Shown: piece after piece, positions 28,007 to 38,333 of the stretch
Position numbering within the stretch: the first letter of the stretch is position 1
How the letters are laid out: each line of letters opens with the position of its first letter
DNA from: a virus
Direction: 5' to 3' (one strand)
Virus record (IMG/VR): IMGVR_UViG_2554235482_000003
Location: 1 to 47,009 of that record
DNA length: 47,009 nucleotides
The notes under the pieces: generated by a model
Told to the model about the DNA's origin: nothing
The model's input: only the letters and a program-made list of their open reading frames with translations
The model's database searches: none
Made by a program: the position numbers and the translations under genes

Positions 28007-29089
28007 TTAGATGGTGCTTTCGAGGTTGTTACGGACCTCCTCGACAGCCTGGTCGATGATGTCCTGCTTTTCTCGCCGGCCGAGACTGGTATCCTGCTTA
28101 ACCGTGACGGAGGTCTCGCTGTTGATGGTGGTCTCTCGCTGTGCAGCCTGGCGATCCTGCCGACCCGCCCCGAATCCGGGAAGGTCGTCACTCGTGAAGT
28201 CGTTGGCCGTCTTCAGCAGCTGCGGGAGGACGCTCGTCGGCGGGATGATGCCACCTGGAGCGCCAGATGGAAGCCCGCCGCCACCTCCAAGGCCTATCGA
28301 CCGAGCGGCGGCCGCACCGCTGGCAGCGACACCGCCAAGCCCGAGGGCCTTGAGAACATCGGAGGCAGAGATATCCGTCACTGGATTAATGATATCGCCG
28401 ATGCTCGGTGACGCTGGCGAGCCGATTACGTCGCTCGCAGCGATGGCGGCCTTAGTGCCGATCACAGCCGCCGGGCCCAGTGTGGCGGCCTGAGCAACGA
28501 CCGTTGAGGCAGAGACGCTCGCCGGAGAGTTGACGACGTCCTCGGACAGGATCGATGCAGGGTCTGTGATGACATCGGTCGCTGTGATGGTCGCCGGCTG
28601 CTCAACGACGTCCGATGATGTGAGCGTTGCGGGATTCGGTGCTGGCTGTGGCGCCGGGGATGGGGAAGGCGAGGGTGACGGTGATGGCGACGCCCCCGGA
28701 CTTTGCGGAGGCGGTCCCTCGTCTTCTTGGCCACTACTAGGCAGGTTGTCGAGCAGGCCGGTCAGTGCGCCGGAGAGGCCGGCGATCGCCCCTCCGACAG
28801 TGCCGAACCCGGCTCCGAGTAGCCCCAGTGTCCGGCCGCTCCCTTGGGCCCTCGAGAAGCGCTGTGACTCAGACGAGTCCAAGAGTTCACGCAAGAGGTC
28901 GTTGCGTGTCTCGTTGAGGTCGAGATTGCGGTCGAGGTGGTCGACGGCCTGCTGGACTGCTCGACCGCCGGAGCGGCTCGAGCCGCTTGCCGCCGAGGAC
29001 GCACTGACTTCAAATGCATCCTCGATTTCGGCTTGTGCGCCTTCGATACTGTCGATGACGAGCGTGCCTGTCGCGTCGAATCCGGTCAT
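28007..29089 (-). CDS. Short tape-measure-like protein (360 aa)
   Basis: Follows G/GT chaperone; Ala/Gly/Ser-rich with 12-aa repeats. Confidence 0.6.
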   Translation of the reverse strand: MTGFDATGTLVIDSIEGAQAEIEDAFEVSASSAASGSSRSGGRAVQQAVDHLDRNLDLNETRNDLLRELLDSSESQRFSRAQGSGRTLGLLGAGFGTVGGAIAGLSGALTGLLDNLPSSGQEDEGPPPQSPGASPSPSPSPSPSPAPQPAPNPATLTSSDVVEQPATITATDVITDPASILSEDVVNSPASVSASTVVAQAATLGPAAVIGTKAAIAASDVIGSPASPSIGDIINPVTDISASDVLKALGLGGVAASGAAAARSIGLGGGGGLPSGAPGGIIPPTSVLPQLLKTANDFTSDDLPGFGAGRQDRQAAQRETTINSETSVTVKQDTSLGRREKQDIIDQAVEEVRNNLESTI

Positions 29090-29092
29090 AAG

Positions 29093-29766
29093 TCAGTCAC
29101 CTGTCCACCCCAGCGTCCCGCGGACGTCGAGGATATCATGGATCGCGAGCCAGTCCAGCACCGCAGTCCAGTCCATCTTGTCAAACGCCGACGGATCGCC
29201 GCCCCTGTCGATGTAGACCGCACGAGCGTACCGATAGACAGTCTGCTGGTCCAGCTCATCGTCAGTCAGGTCTCCTCGGGCGAGTCGCTGGAGCCGATCA
29301 CGTTTCCCTCGGGATCCATCAGCTCATCTATCCGCGAGCTGGCCCAGTCGCGGTAGTACGGATGCAGTTGCCCGACTGCCGCAGCGGTCATGTCGTCGTC
29401 GCCATCGTCGTCGACGTACGGTGCGTCGACCGTGCCGTCGGCGATGAGCAGGAGGTCCGTCCCCTCGCCATCGCGTTGGGCGGACTCCTTTTCGATGCCG
29501 GCGAACGTGCCGGCCCGAACACCGCTGAGAGTGACACCGTCGACGTCCTCGTCCCACATCGGAAAGTCGTCGCTCTCATGTGCACGGTCTCGGGCCCAAA
29601 TCGCACCCTTTCGTTGCGTCGCGAGCTGTGATCGCTGGCTCTGCAGGCCAGGTACGACTGGGTTGTCGTCGTCCAGGTCGTCCAGCTGCTCGGCGATCTC
29701 TTCGATCTGTTCCTCGAGCGCCTCGATTGAGTCGTCGAAGCTGATGTATGTCTCGTTAAACGTCAT
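29093..29766 (-). CDS. Tail assembly chaperone G (29266-29766, 166 aa) and -1 frameshifted GT (224 aa, stop 29093)
   Basis: Between tail tube and tape measure; G_GGA_AAC at 29308-29302; -1 frame open for 69 further codons. Confidence 0.85.
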
Positions 29767-30692
29767 GTGATACTCACCCCCGGGTCGCCGTCGGCGTTCC
29801 AGCTGATCGATTCCGTCGTGTCGTCACTCGAGATGACGTTGTTCCAGGCCTCCGTCGCAACCTTGAGCGCGCTGAAGTTGTACGTCGAGACTTGGGTGCC
29901 GTCGACAGTGATGTCGATGGTCCCCGGCACAGAGACGAGCCGGTCCTGTGGCGACGTCGCGTCGGCAGCGCCGAGGGCGTACTCTAGCCGCGACGGACCA
30001 CTGAAGATCGCCTCCGTCGTGACCTCAGTCTCTGGCTTCTCAATGACTGCGTCGATAGGCTCTGGCGATACCGAGCCGTACTGGAAGCGAGCGATGTTGC
30101 TGATCGAGACTTCGGCCGACTGCAGCTTCGTGATCGTCGTGCCGTCGATGTCGACGGTGATCGCGTGCGACGGCGCCGACGCTCCAGTGGATACAGCGGT
30201 CACGTTCGACGGCGTGATCGACGTGTCGAGATTCTCCGTCGCGTACAGGAACGAGATGGAGAACGTCGTCATCCCGCCCTGCTCGTAGCTGACGGGTGTG
30301 AAGTCCACAGGGATGCAGCCGACCAGTTCGCGCTCGGCGACGCCGTCCAAGTAGTCGACGCCGGCGTAGATCTTCGCCGAGTTCGGTCGGCCGGTCGTGA
30401 ACTGGGTGCCGCCGTCGTTGAACACGAGGTCCTCGACGTCGTTGAACGTGTCCGACGAAATGGCTGCCTCGACCTCGACCGCGCCCTCGAAGTTCTGTTT
30501 GACCGATTCGACGCTTTCGACAGCGCCGGCCTCGTCGAGGCGCTGGAGCTGGTTGTCCAGCGAGAGGTCGGTCAGTGTCTCGTCGCGGCCGAACTGCCAG
30601 TACTGCGGGTCGCTGTTGGCGTCGGTCTCCAGCGAGCCCTTGAACGACTGCTCTTTCCCGAACGCCAGCGAGCCGCTGCCTGCGCCCGGCAT
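29763..30692 (-). CDS. Major tail tube protein
   Basis: 309 aa beta-rich acidic protein upstream of chaperone; no sheath gene seen. Confidence 0.75.
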   Translation of the reverse strand: MPGAGSGSLAFGKEQSFKGSLETDANSDPQYWQFGRDETLTDLSLDNQLQRLDEAGAVESVESVKQNFEGAVEVEAAISSDTFNDVEDLVFNDGGTQFTTGRPNSAKIYAGVDYLDGVAERELVGCIPVDFTPVSYEQGGMTTFSISFLYATENLDTSITPSNVTAVSTGASAPSHAITVDIDGTTITKLQSAEVSISNIARFQYGSVSPEPIDAVIEKPETEVTTEAIFSGPSRLEYALGAADATSPQDRLVSVPGTIDITVDGTQVSTYNFSALKVATEAWNNVISSDDTTESISWNADGDPGVSIT

Positions 30693-30842
30693 TACTCGAT
30701 ACCTCCGCTAATCGTGTCTCTCATGATCATGAATGAGTCCTCGAAAACTGCCGCGTGGATCCTCGGCGCCGGCCGCGGCCACCGGCGCGTCATCAGACCT
30801 TTGTTACAGTTCCCAAGCTATGGAACGGGTGCTATTGAGCAG

Positions 30843-31067
30843 TCAAGACTGCTTGGACAGCCTTTCGGCAGCAGACTTGTGGATTAAAATTATCATCATC
30901 CAAATAAGGAAAAATAAGATGAATACAGCAGCTTCAAACAATGCTGATTGATAATTTGGTGCGTGTCTTGGCCCAAACACTGGGCTTATAACGATAAGTG
31001 CAGTGACAGCACCTGCAAACAACATTTGCCACCCAACTCGAATGTACAACCGACCCGACTCGCCCAT
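30843..31067 (-). CDS. Small 2-TM membrane protein
   Basis: Two hydrophobic helices; low GC. Confidence 0.55.
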   Translation of the reverse strand: MGESGRLYIRVGWQMLFAGAVTALIVISPVFGPRHAPNYQSALFEAAVFILFFLIWMMIILIHKSAAERLSKQS

Positions 31068-31134
31068 AACATCTTTTAAATAATTCAGTTCTGATAAGTT
31101 TAGTGGAAAAGACGGTTAAACAACATCACTCAAA

Positions 31135-32763
31135 TCAGTTGGAGCTACCCCAAATCCTCCCATCACACTGGAACGAACGTGGTTGGAACACACTGGATTC
31201 GGCGTTCGAATAGACCCGATTCGCTCCCGTCTCAAACTCCGGATAGCAGTAGTCTTCGCGGGTTAGATCCAACTCACTCACAATCGCGAGCCCTGCCGGA
31301 CTCATCCGCTCTGTAAGCCATGGCGGCCCATATTCACGAGATAGATACTCGACCGACGCGCGTCGCGGCGTCGGCGACCACTGCTCTGATGCTGCCTGGC
31401 CGTACATCCCTTCGACCATCCATGCTGTCACATACCCACCAAGAACAGTAGACTCTCCCCGATGTTGCTGTGTCCACTCAACGGAGGCTGCTTGTTGTGG
31501 TGTCGCGCTATAGACCCGCCCGCCAGTGAATTCCGGCGTGAGATATGCGACACCAAGACCACTTGTCACGATGAGTAGCGCGAGGGACACAGTTGTTGCT
31601 TGCCGCCGTGTGAGCGATAGAGCGCGTGCAGCAGCAGGGAGGAGGACAATGGGCGCGACAAGCAACGCTCGGTAGATGCCGACTCCGACGGGCACGACGA
31701 ACGCCACTACGATAAAGAATCCTCCAATCAGGAGGCTTGAAATATAGGAGACAGCCGTGAGCGACGGTCCGCTGCGGCGAGCGTATGTGATAGCACCAAC
31801 TGTCGCTGCAATGCCGATCGCGATGACAAAACTCGTCCGCGCAAGAAATTCTCGGAATCCCTGAAATGTGGTGAGTGCTTCCACAATTAGACTGCCGCCG
31901 CCGACAGCGCTTTGCTCGCCCGCAGAGGTTTCGAACAAAAGCGCGACTACTGTCGAACGTGTTGCATATAGTCCGAACCCGCCCCAGACGAACAATTGGC
32001 CGATAATAAAGACTCCTATGAGGAAGAGGATAAGGGGTGAGGGTTTGTCATCATTTGTGTAACGGGCCACACCGAAGATGACAGCTGCGAAGATTGCCAC
32101 AAGCGGGTGGATGAATGTGACCACTGCCGCGGCTCCGACGGTGAGTCCATTGACAGCCAACCGCCGCTGCCTAACTGATAACCAATAGACAAGGGGTAAA
32201 AATACCATCGCAAGTGAGAACGGTCGGGGAACGAACCGCAGAAAAAACGCCGGGAAAAATGCCACTAGCGCCAATTGGCGGTTCTGGGGGGCCGAAACAA
32301 CGATCCGAATTGCGGGATATGCAAGCAGTGGCCCACCTGCCGCTATAAGCAGCGGGAGAAATTGTACGGCTGTTTGATTCGAAATCCCTAGTACTGGAGT
32401 AACAACCGGGATTGCGTGGTGAAGTCCTGGGTACGGGACACTCAACAGGTTACCTGTATTAAGAATGCCAAGCGCGACCCACCCGTCATGTGGGCCATAA
32501 ATTGTCCCCCACTCAAGAGAAACGAGTGTGGCTGCGACCCCAGAGATTGAGCTAAACAGGACTGCCGTCACGTCCCGAACCGGGGACTCGACAACTGTGA
32601 GACAAAATGCACCGACAGCGGCGAGTAGCAGGAGCCAGAATGGCCAAAACAACTGAAAAACGCTTTCCCACGGCTTGCCAGTTGGTTCGACCGCTGCAAG
32701 ATAGCCAACGGCAGCCCCAAGCAACAAAAACGCAGACAGCATCTGATGGCGTTGACGAGTCAC
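31135..32763 (-). CDS. Polytopic membrane protein, GT-C glycosyltransferase-like
   Basis: About 12 TM segments; loop YGPHDGW...YPGLHH after first TMs; soluble C-terminal domain. Confidence 0.55.
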   Translation of the reverse strand: MTRQRHQMLSAFLLLGAAVGYLAAVEPTGKPWESVFQLFWPFWLLLLAAVGAFCLTVVESPVRDVTAVLFSSISGVAATLVSLEWGTIYGPHDGWVALGILNTGNLLSVPYPGLHHAIPVVTPVLGISNQTAVQFLPLLIAAGGPLLAYPAIRIVVSAPQNRQLALVAFFPAFFLRFVPRPFSLAMVFLPLVYWLSVRQRRLAVNGLTVGAAAVVTFIHPLVAIFAAVIFGVARYTNDDKPSPLILFLIGVFIIGQLFVWGGFGLYATRSTVVALLFETSAGEQSAVGGGSLIVEALTTFQGFREFLARTSFVIAIGIAATVGAITYARRSGPSLTAVSYISSLLIGGFFIVVAFVVPVGVGIYRALLVAPIVLLPAAARALSLTRRQATTVSLALLIVTSGLGVAYLTPEFTGGRVYSATPQQAASVEWTQQHRGESTVLGGYVTAWMVEGMYGQAASEQWSPTPRRASVEYLSREYGPPWLTERMSPAGLAIVSELDLTREDYCYPEFETGANRVYSNAESSVFQPRSFQCDGRIWGSSN

Positions 32764-32895
32764 AACTGTATTAATCCTATTTGTGAGTTAACGTTTACTA
32801 CTGCTGCTAATTTAGATATTAGAGTCGTAAGCCCCGAATACCGCGATCGCCCCGGAATCACCATGTCTTTGTCAGGGGATGTTAGGGTCCGTTCC

Positions 32896-34326
32896 TTACG
32901 AAATAGTCGTCTCGTTTCCGTCGTCGTCGACAGCGACCAGTTCGCCACTGCCGTTGATATAGATGTGTGCGCCGTTAGAGCCAAACTCGACTTTGCCGCC
33001 ACGGGCCTGGATGTCCCCGCCACGGATGTTCGCGTTCTCGTTGTCAGCCTCGTTCCAGACTTCAAATCGCCGCCCCGATTCTGAGATGAACAGTGCGGGG
33101 TGGTTAAACTGGTTTTTCGCAAAGAAGGCACGGTTCGTCCCGTCTGCGTCTTGGAATTGGAGGTAATCAGTCCGTTCGTCGGCCAGCCCAATGCGATAGC
33201 GGTCCCGCTGCATCTTCCGCGTGCCATAGTAGGAGTCCGCAGTCCGCTCGTGGAGCTTGGTATTGCGGTCGTAGACAACATCTCCGACTTCGGCGCGGCT
33301 GTGGATAAATGGCGTGTCGTTGGGGTCTTCGAATTTGGCGTCGACGCCTGCGAACGTACAAATTGTATGCCCTGCGTGCTTATCCAGCGAGATGAGTTCG
33401 ACACCGAGTCCACCGTCGCTACCAGCACTATCGAAGTTGGCGACGACCTCGGCCCCTCGGAGGCTTCCGTCGACGCGCCAACCAATCTTGCCCGTGTTGA
33501 CGAATGTGACGAAATCAAGCCGAGCGTTGGCCATGATGTAGGCATCGCGCATGTCGAACCCAATCTCGCACTGGGCTATCGACGAATGAAACTTGAGGGA
33601 TTTAAACGAGTCTGTCCCAGCCCCGCCTGTGAACGTGGCTCCTTCGAGACGGATACCGCTCTTGCAGTCCTTAATCCGTTTGATAACAATGTCGTTGTCC
33701 TCCGTGTAGAGGTCCTCGTTTTTGAGGTAGACGCCGTATTCGAACCCGTCAACAACAGAGGGCGTAATTTGATGGCGGAAGGCGTCTATCAACCGAATCC
33801 CACGGGAACCCGTGGTGCTCGGACCAGGGCCGCGGATGTAGCCGCCACGCCACTCGACACGGTCGTCAGACCCCGCTCCTGCGTTGGGCAGGATGTCGAC
33901 GGCGACACCACTGCCCGTATATTCGATTTCAGCGCCGTAGGCCATCACGAGGATGTCTCTCGGACCTTTGGGGTCGATAGTAATCGTCGTGTCCCCGCTG
34001 TAGGTTTTCGTCGGGTCGAGCTTGATGTACTGGTGGTCAGATATTGCCTGATTGATGTCTGCGAGGGTGTCGCCCGTAACGGTATAGAGCTTCTCTGTAC
34101 TGACCGAAGGTGACGACAGGCCAACATCACTCTCTAGGCTGATCCACTGGTCCCCGTTCCCTAGCCAGCGGTCCCCGCTGGGCGTCTCCTTCACCACCCG
34201 ACCACGGGTTGGGTGGTAGTCACTCCGGTCGCCGACTATCTTCGGATCGTCGGCGAGCACCTCGATTACTGTTGCAAGGTCGATGCTACTGTCTGTGTTC
34301 GGATCGATTGGATACGGATCACTCAT
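32896..34326 (-). CDS. Tailspike/receptor-binding protein with pectin-lyase-like beta-helix
   Basis: GGYIRG...GIRLI...GFEYGVYL...GIRLEG parallel beta-helix repeats. Confidence 0.65.
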   Translation of the reverse strand: MSDPYPIDPNTDSSIDLATVIEVLADDPKIVGDRSDYHPTRGRVVKETPSGDRWLGNGDQWISLESDVGLSSPSVSTEKLYTVTGDTLADINQAISDHQYIKLDPTKTYSGDTTITIDPKGPRDILVMAYGAEIEYTGSGVAVDILPNAGAGSDDRVEWRGGYIRGPGPSTTGSRGIRLIDAFRHQITPSVVDGFEYGVYLKNEDLYTEDNDIVIKRIKDCKSGIRLEGATFTGGAGTDSFKSLKFHSSIAQCEIGFDMRDAYIMANARLDFVTFVNTGKIGWRVDGSLRGAEVVANFDSAGSDGGLGVELISLDKHAGHTICTFAGVDAKFEDPNDTPFIHSRAEVGDVVYDRNTKLHERTADSYYGTRKMQRDRYRIGLADERTDYLQFQDADGTNRAFFAKNQFNHPALFISESGRRFEVWNEADNENANIRGGDIQARGGKVEFGSNGAHIYINGSGELVAVDDDGNETTIS

Positions 34327-34344
34327 GATTGCTACCTGCAGGCG

Positions 34345-34893
34345 TTAGCCAAGCTCTTCGAAGCCGTCGAAGACGACGTCGAAGCTATGGACGTAGTATT
34401 GCGAGAAATCGTCTGAGCGCGGCGCTTCGTTGGTGATCGACAGGTGCGTGAACGAAACGTTGGGGCCGCCGGCGCCGGGGTACGTCCGCCCGTCGTAGAT
34501 TGCCGTTCGCACCCGGCGGACGAACTCACTCCACGGGATGCCCCAGTCGCCGTCGGGATCGACGTGGCCGCCGTGTCCATCGCGAGCCGTCAGCCCTTCG
34601 AGTTGCACGCCGACGACTTCGTCGACGTCGAGATCGTATTCGGTGCCGATCGGCTCGCTGTTGCGGTCGGCATAGGCGGCGCCGATGTAGACACCGCGTT
34701 CGAGGGCGCCGGCGCGCTGATGGATCGGCGTCGACATGTCGAGCGTTCCGCTGCCGTCGTAGAGACGGTTGTTAGTTCGGTCGACGCGCCGGACAACGAC
34801 ATCGCTGCCGTCAGCCTGCGAGTAGTCCGCGGCGACGCTGTCGACGACGGTAGTGACTTGCTCCAGCGCCCACTCGACGGGAGGATGTGTCAT
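34345..34893 (-). CDS. Tail completion/terminator-like protein
   Basis: Position after neck gene; C-terminal YVHSFDVVFDG. Confidence 0.55.
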   Translation of the reverse strand: MTHPPVEWALEQVTTVVDSVAADYSQADGSDVVVRRVDRTNNRLYDGSGTLDMSTPIHQRAGALERGVYIGAAYADRNSEPIGTEYDLDVDEVVGVQLEGLTARDGHGGHVDPDGDWGIPWSEFVRRVRTAIYDGRTYPGAGGPNVSFTHLSITNEAPRSDDFSQYYVHSFDVVFDGFEELG

Positions 34894-35399
34894 GATAGTT
34901 CCCTCCGGAGCCAGTTGAGCGAGTCACGCACCGATCGCGACGGCGGAATACCGCCAGTCTCACTGCCCCAATTGACCGACTCAGTCTGTACCCACTGGTC
35001 AGCGGCGTCCCAGTAGAAGTGCAGCAACGGATTCCCGGATATCGTATGCGGTTCGACGCCGAACTCCCAGAACTGCATCACCTTGTGCTCCCACGACCAC
35101 GCAGCCTGCATCGAGCGCCGGCTTCGCGACGCCTCGACGCCGGCGAAGCTGTCGATGAGCGGGCCCTCGGTGTAGCCGTTCCGGGTCGCGTAGTTCCGCA
35201 GCTGCTGGTGGGCTCGGTTAACCGTCTTGAACACGAGGTTGTCCCGCTCACCGACCAACTTCCGTTCGATATCGTCAAGCAGCGCTTCGCGAGCGCTGTC
35301 GGCAGGTGCATCCACGACAGTCACGGTGACACTCCCACCGAGTGGATCAGTCTGGAGTTCGACGGCAATCTCCAGCGGGACAGGTATGCTGACAGCCAT
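34890..35399 (-). CDS. HK97 gp10-like neck protein
   Basis: FWEFGVEPHTISGNPLLHFYW. Confidence 0.65.
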   Translation of the reverse strand: MAVSIPVPLEIAVELQTDPLGGSVTVTVVDAPADSAREALLDDIERKLVGERDNLVFKTVNRAHQQLRNYATRNGYTEGPLIDSFAGVEASRSRRSMQAAWSWEHKVMQFWEFGVEPHTISGNPLLHFYWDAADQWVQTESVNWGSETGGIPPSRSVRDSLNWLRRELS

Positions 35400-35400
35400 G

Positions 35401-36093
35401 TCATAGCGTCGAGAAGCCGCTGTAGCTGGCGGTCGTGTCTTGCCAGGTTTCTTCGAGTGCTTGTTCTTTCGTCGACCGGTTTGTCAGCTGGCCACTGTCG
35501 GGAGCGCTCGTCATCTGGTCGTCGTCGAGAGCCAGCATCGTCGCCGCCTTCGCAGCGACGGCTTCAACAACGTCTGCTGGCACGCCCTCGACAAGACCGT
35601 CGTCGGTGACTGTCACGTCCTCGCCAAGCGGGCCATGGCGGTACGTGAGTCGGCAGAACCGTGTGTTGGGATCGTCCCACGGCGTGTTCGTGAACCGGCG
35701 CTCGAAGACACGGAGCCGCCGGCGGCGATAGTCCAGCGTGAAGGCCTCACCCTCTTGATCGGTGATATTCTCCCACTCGTCGCGACCGGTACGGACCTCG
35801 ATGACGTCGCCCTGCGCCGGGTCAATTGGCAGTGGGTTGGCGTTGTCGAGGCTGATTGTCGCCGGGTGCCACGACACCGCGTCCTGGACGTCGTAGACTT
35901 CCCACGTTCGCGGCTCAGACGGATCACCGACCCGTTTAGGATGGAACGGCCGGTTGGTCCGATTGATCCACTTCTGCGTGGCAGACGCAACACGCGACTT
36001 CGCCCGAGTCTTGAGCGAATCCTGCACCGTATTCGGGTCGAGGTCCAGCGCCCGAAGAACGTCATCGGTGGGCGCATAGCGGACGTCAGCCAT
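35401..36093 (-). CDS. Head-tail adaptor-like protein
   Basis: Position after capsid; RLTYRHG and AVAAKAA segments. Confidence 0.6.
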   Translation of the reverse strand: MADVRYAPTDDVLRALDLDPNTVQDSLKTRAKSRVASATQKWINRTNRPFHPKRVGDPSEPRTWEVYDVQDAVSWHPATISLDNANPLPIDPAQGDVIEVRTGRDEWENITDQEGEAFTLDYRRRRLRVFERRFTNTPWDDPNTRFCRLTYRHGPLGEDVTVTDDGLVEGVPADVVEAVAAKAATMLALDDDQMTSAPDSGQLTNRSTKEQALEETWQDTTASYSGFSTL

Positions 36094-36096
36094 GGA

Positions 36097-36849
36097 TCAG
36101 TCCTCGCCGTTGTCACTGGTGTCGCCATCAGCTCCCGGATCGTCGACGCGGGTGATCGTCACATCTTCGGGATCGGCCTCGCCGAGGGCGGCGTCGACGG
36201 CCTGCTCAACGGTGTCGGGGGCGAACCGCGTCAGGTACGCTGCCATATCGGTGAGCCCGGCCGTCCGAAGGTCGATCTCGTCGGGGTCCTGCCGGACGAC
36301 CTTGACGACATCCGATGCCTCTGCCCGCGAGAAGCGGCCGACATACTCGTCAGTGCGCTGCTGGGAGACCGAGGCCTCGTCGTCGGGCTCGACGCCGGCG
36401 ATGGTACGGAGTTGCTCGCGATACGGCGCTTCGTCGTCCGTGTCGTAGACGCGACCGGCGTCATCGAGGGTGAGTTTCTCCATGACCTTGGCGCGCTTCC
36501 AACGGTCGAACCCCTCGTAGAAGACATCTGTCGGCAGGTAGTTTCGGTCGAGCAGTGCCTCAGATAGCCGTTCGGCGTCGTACAGGACCTCGAAGTCAGA
36601 CCGCGCTTCGAGAGCGTGGACGCCCATCGAGGCATTCTCGACGTAGTCCTCGTCGAGGTTCGTCGGCAGGATCGCGAAGTAGACCCGCCCCCGCTGGAAC
36701 TTTGGCGGGCCGTCGTAGCCGGCCCGCTGGCGGAGGTCCTGGTCGGTCTTGACCGAGCGGTCGCCGGTGTAGCGGAACCCGACGAACTCGACATCGGCGT
36801 GGCCTTTCTCTTCGAACTCTTCAGCGCTGTTGAGCGTGATTACTGGCAT
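36097..36849 (-). CDS. Hypothetical head-region protein
   Basis: Acidic ORF in structural operon. Confidence 0.65.
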   Translation of the reverse strand: MPVITLNSAEEFEEKGHADVEFVGFRYTGDRSVKTDQDLRQRAGYDGPPKFQRGRVYFAILPTNLDEDYVENASMGVHALEARSDFEVLYDAERLSEALLDRNYLPTDVFYEGFDRWKRAKVMEKLTLDDAGRVYDTDDEAPYREQLRTIAGVEPDDEASVSQQRTDEYVGRFSRAEASDVVKVVRQDPDEIDLRTAGLTDMAAYLTRFAPDTVEQAVDAALGEADPEDVTITRVDDPGADGDTSDNGED

Positions 36850-37091
36850 GAGTCAGTGGGTGTGGTGGTATCGGTGATGGTGTCGGAGTCGATTGTCGCG
36901 ACGGTCTCGACGTCGTCCTCGCGAAGCACCTCAACGACGCTGTCGGTGCCGACATCGAGGACGGTTGTCTCATCGTCGTAGACGTACAGCCGGCCGTCGT
37001 CGTCACGGGCCCAGTGGGTGCCTTGGACCTGTCGCACGAACACACGGCCGCCGATTTCGACAGTGATAGTGATGGTAGTAGTCTCAGTCAT
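36840..37091 (-). CDS. Hypothetical protein (83 aa)
   Basis: Fills gap between capsid and next gene. Confidence 0.55.
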   Translation of the reverse strand: MTETTTITITVEIGGRVFVRQVQGTHWARDDDGRLYVYDDETTVLDVGTDSVVEVLREDDVETVATIDSDTITDTTTPTDSCQ

Positions 37092-37097
37092 GGAGCG

Positions 37098-38333
37098 TTA
37101 CTCTGCGAGATCGCGCAGCAGCCCGGCAGAGGCGAAGTCGCGATTGACGACCTCGTGGTGCATCAGCATGAGCGCCTGTTCGCGGTATTCACCAGTTGCG
37201 AGGTAACCCTGCGTCTGGCCGCGACCGGCCGTCTCGGTGTAGGGCTCGGTGAACTGCTCGATGGAGAGACGCGGCTGGCCACGGATCGTGTCCGTCGGGA
37301 CGATGAAGATCGACGAGATATCGCCGTGCTTGATCGCGTGCTGGTTGCCGATGATCGGGATGCCGTCGTAGTCGCGATGGCGAGCCGTTCCGGAAACGCC
37401 GCGGATCGTCGACGCATCGCCGACGCTTTCGGTCCGGTTCTGGTCCATCGAGATCACGTTCCGGACGTTGTTGCGCTCCGCAGCCAGATCCGAGAGGATG
37501 CCAGCAGTGTCATGGCCCGTGAGGATCGCCGCGTCCGAGTAGACGTCGACATCGGCGAACTCGTTCATCGAGTTCAGGAACGAACTGAACAGGTCGTTGG
37601 TGAGCTGGCGAGGCCCGGACGCCCCGTTATGATCGACGAACGAGTCTGCCCACGTGTCCGTCGCTCGCTCGACACTGCCGTAGTCGAGATCACCGGCGTT
37701 GTAGGCGTTCCCGTTTGGGTCCGTGGCGTTGGCCTCTTCATCGCTTGAGGCGATCGCGCGGTCCAGTGACGTGATCGTGTCTGTGCTGTCGTAGGCCGTG
37801 TCGCCCTGCACGACGGCGTCGGCGATGCCGTCGCGGTCGATCGCGAGGTCGAGTTGCTCCTGCTGGAGTTGCCAGAACTCTTCGAACCCGACGGCGTCCT
37901 CGATAGCAGCGTAGATCTCCTGCAGGTCCGACACCTCGGCGACCGTCTCCGAGCGCTTGGGATCGAACTCAACCTCTTCGACGCCGAACGTTGTCCCCGA
38001 GGAGACGCTGCCACCCTCACTGTGGGTCTGTAGGTCGACTGGGTTCGTCGCAGCACGGAACGCCTTCGCGGTAACCGGCCCTTCCAGTGAGGCGCTGAAC
38101 CGGTCGACCTGCGAGAGTGCGTTGTACCACGAGTGTTCTTGGTTGTACTGCGCGTACAACGTCGCCGTGTAGATAGCGTTGACGTGCGCTGCGGTCGAGG
38201 AGTCGTACTGCGCCCGCTGGAGCAGCCCCTCATCCCAGTCCATCGGGACGTCATTGAGCTTGTTCGATTCGAGGAAGCGGCCGGGACTGTTCCCAGCAGC
38301 GTAGGAGTGCATCGGGTGGGCACTCATACTCAT
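37098..38333 (-). CDS. Major capsid protein (HK97-like)
   Basis: 411 aa, follows protease and scaffold; YDGIPII segment. Confidence 0.8.
   Translation of the reverse strand: MSMSAHPMHSYAAGNSPGRFLESNKLNDVPMDWDEGLLQRAQYDSSTAAHVNAIYTATLYAQYNQEHSWYNALSQVDRFSASLEGPVTAKAFRAATNPVDLQTHSEGGSVSSGTTFGVEEVEFDPKRSETVAEVSDLQEIYAAIEDAVGFEEFWQLQQEQLDLAIDRDGIADAVVQGDTAYDSTDTITSLDRAIASSDEEANATDPNGNAYNAGDLDYGSVERATDTWADSFVDHNGASGPRQLTNDLFSSFLNSMNEFADVDVYSDAAILTGHDTAGILSDLAAERNNVRNVISMDQNRTESVGDASTIRGVSGTARHRDYDGIPIIGNQHAIKHGDISSIFIVPTDTIRGQPRLSIEQFTEPYTETAGRGQTQGYLATGEYREQALMLMHHEVVNRDFASAGLLRDLAE

Noticed and set aside
30691-30792. 33-aa minus ORF before the tail tube gene
   Set aside because: Short, basic, only TAATG overlap as support
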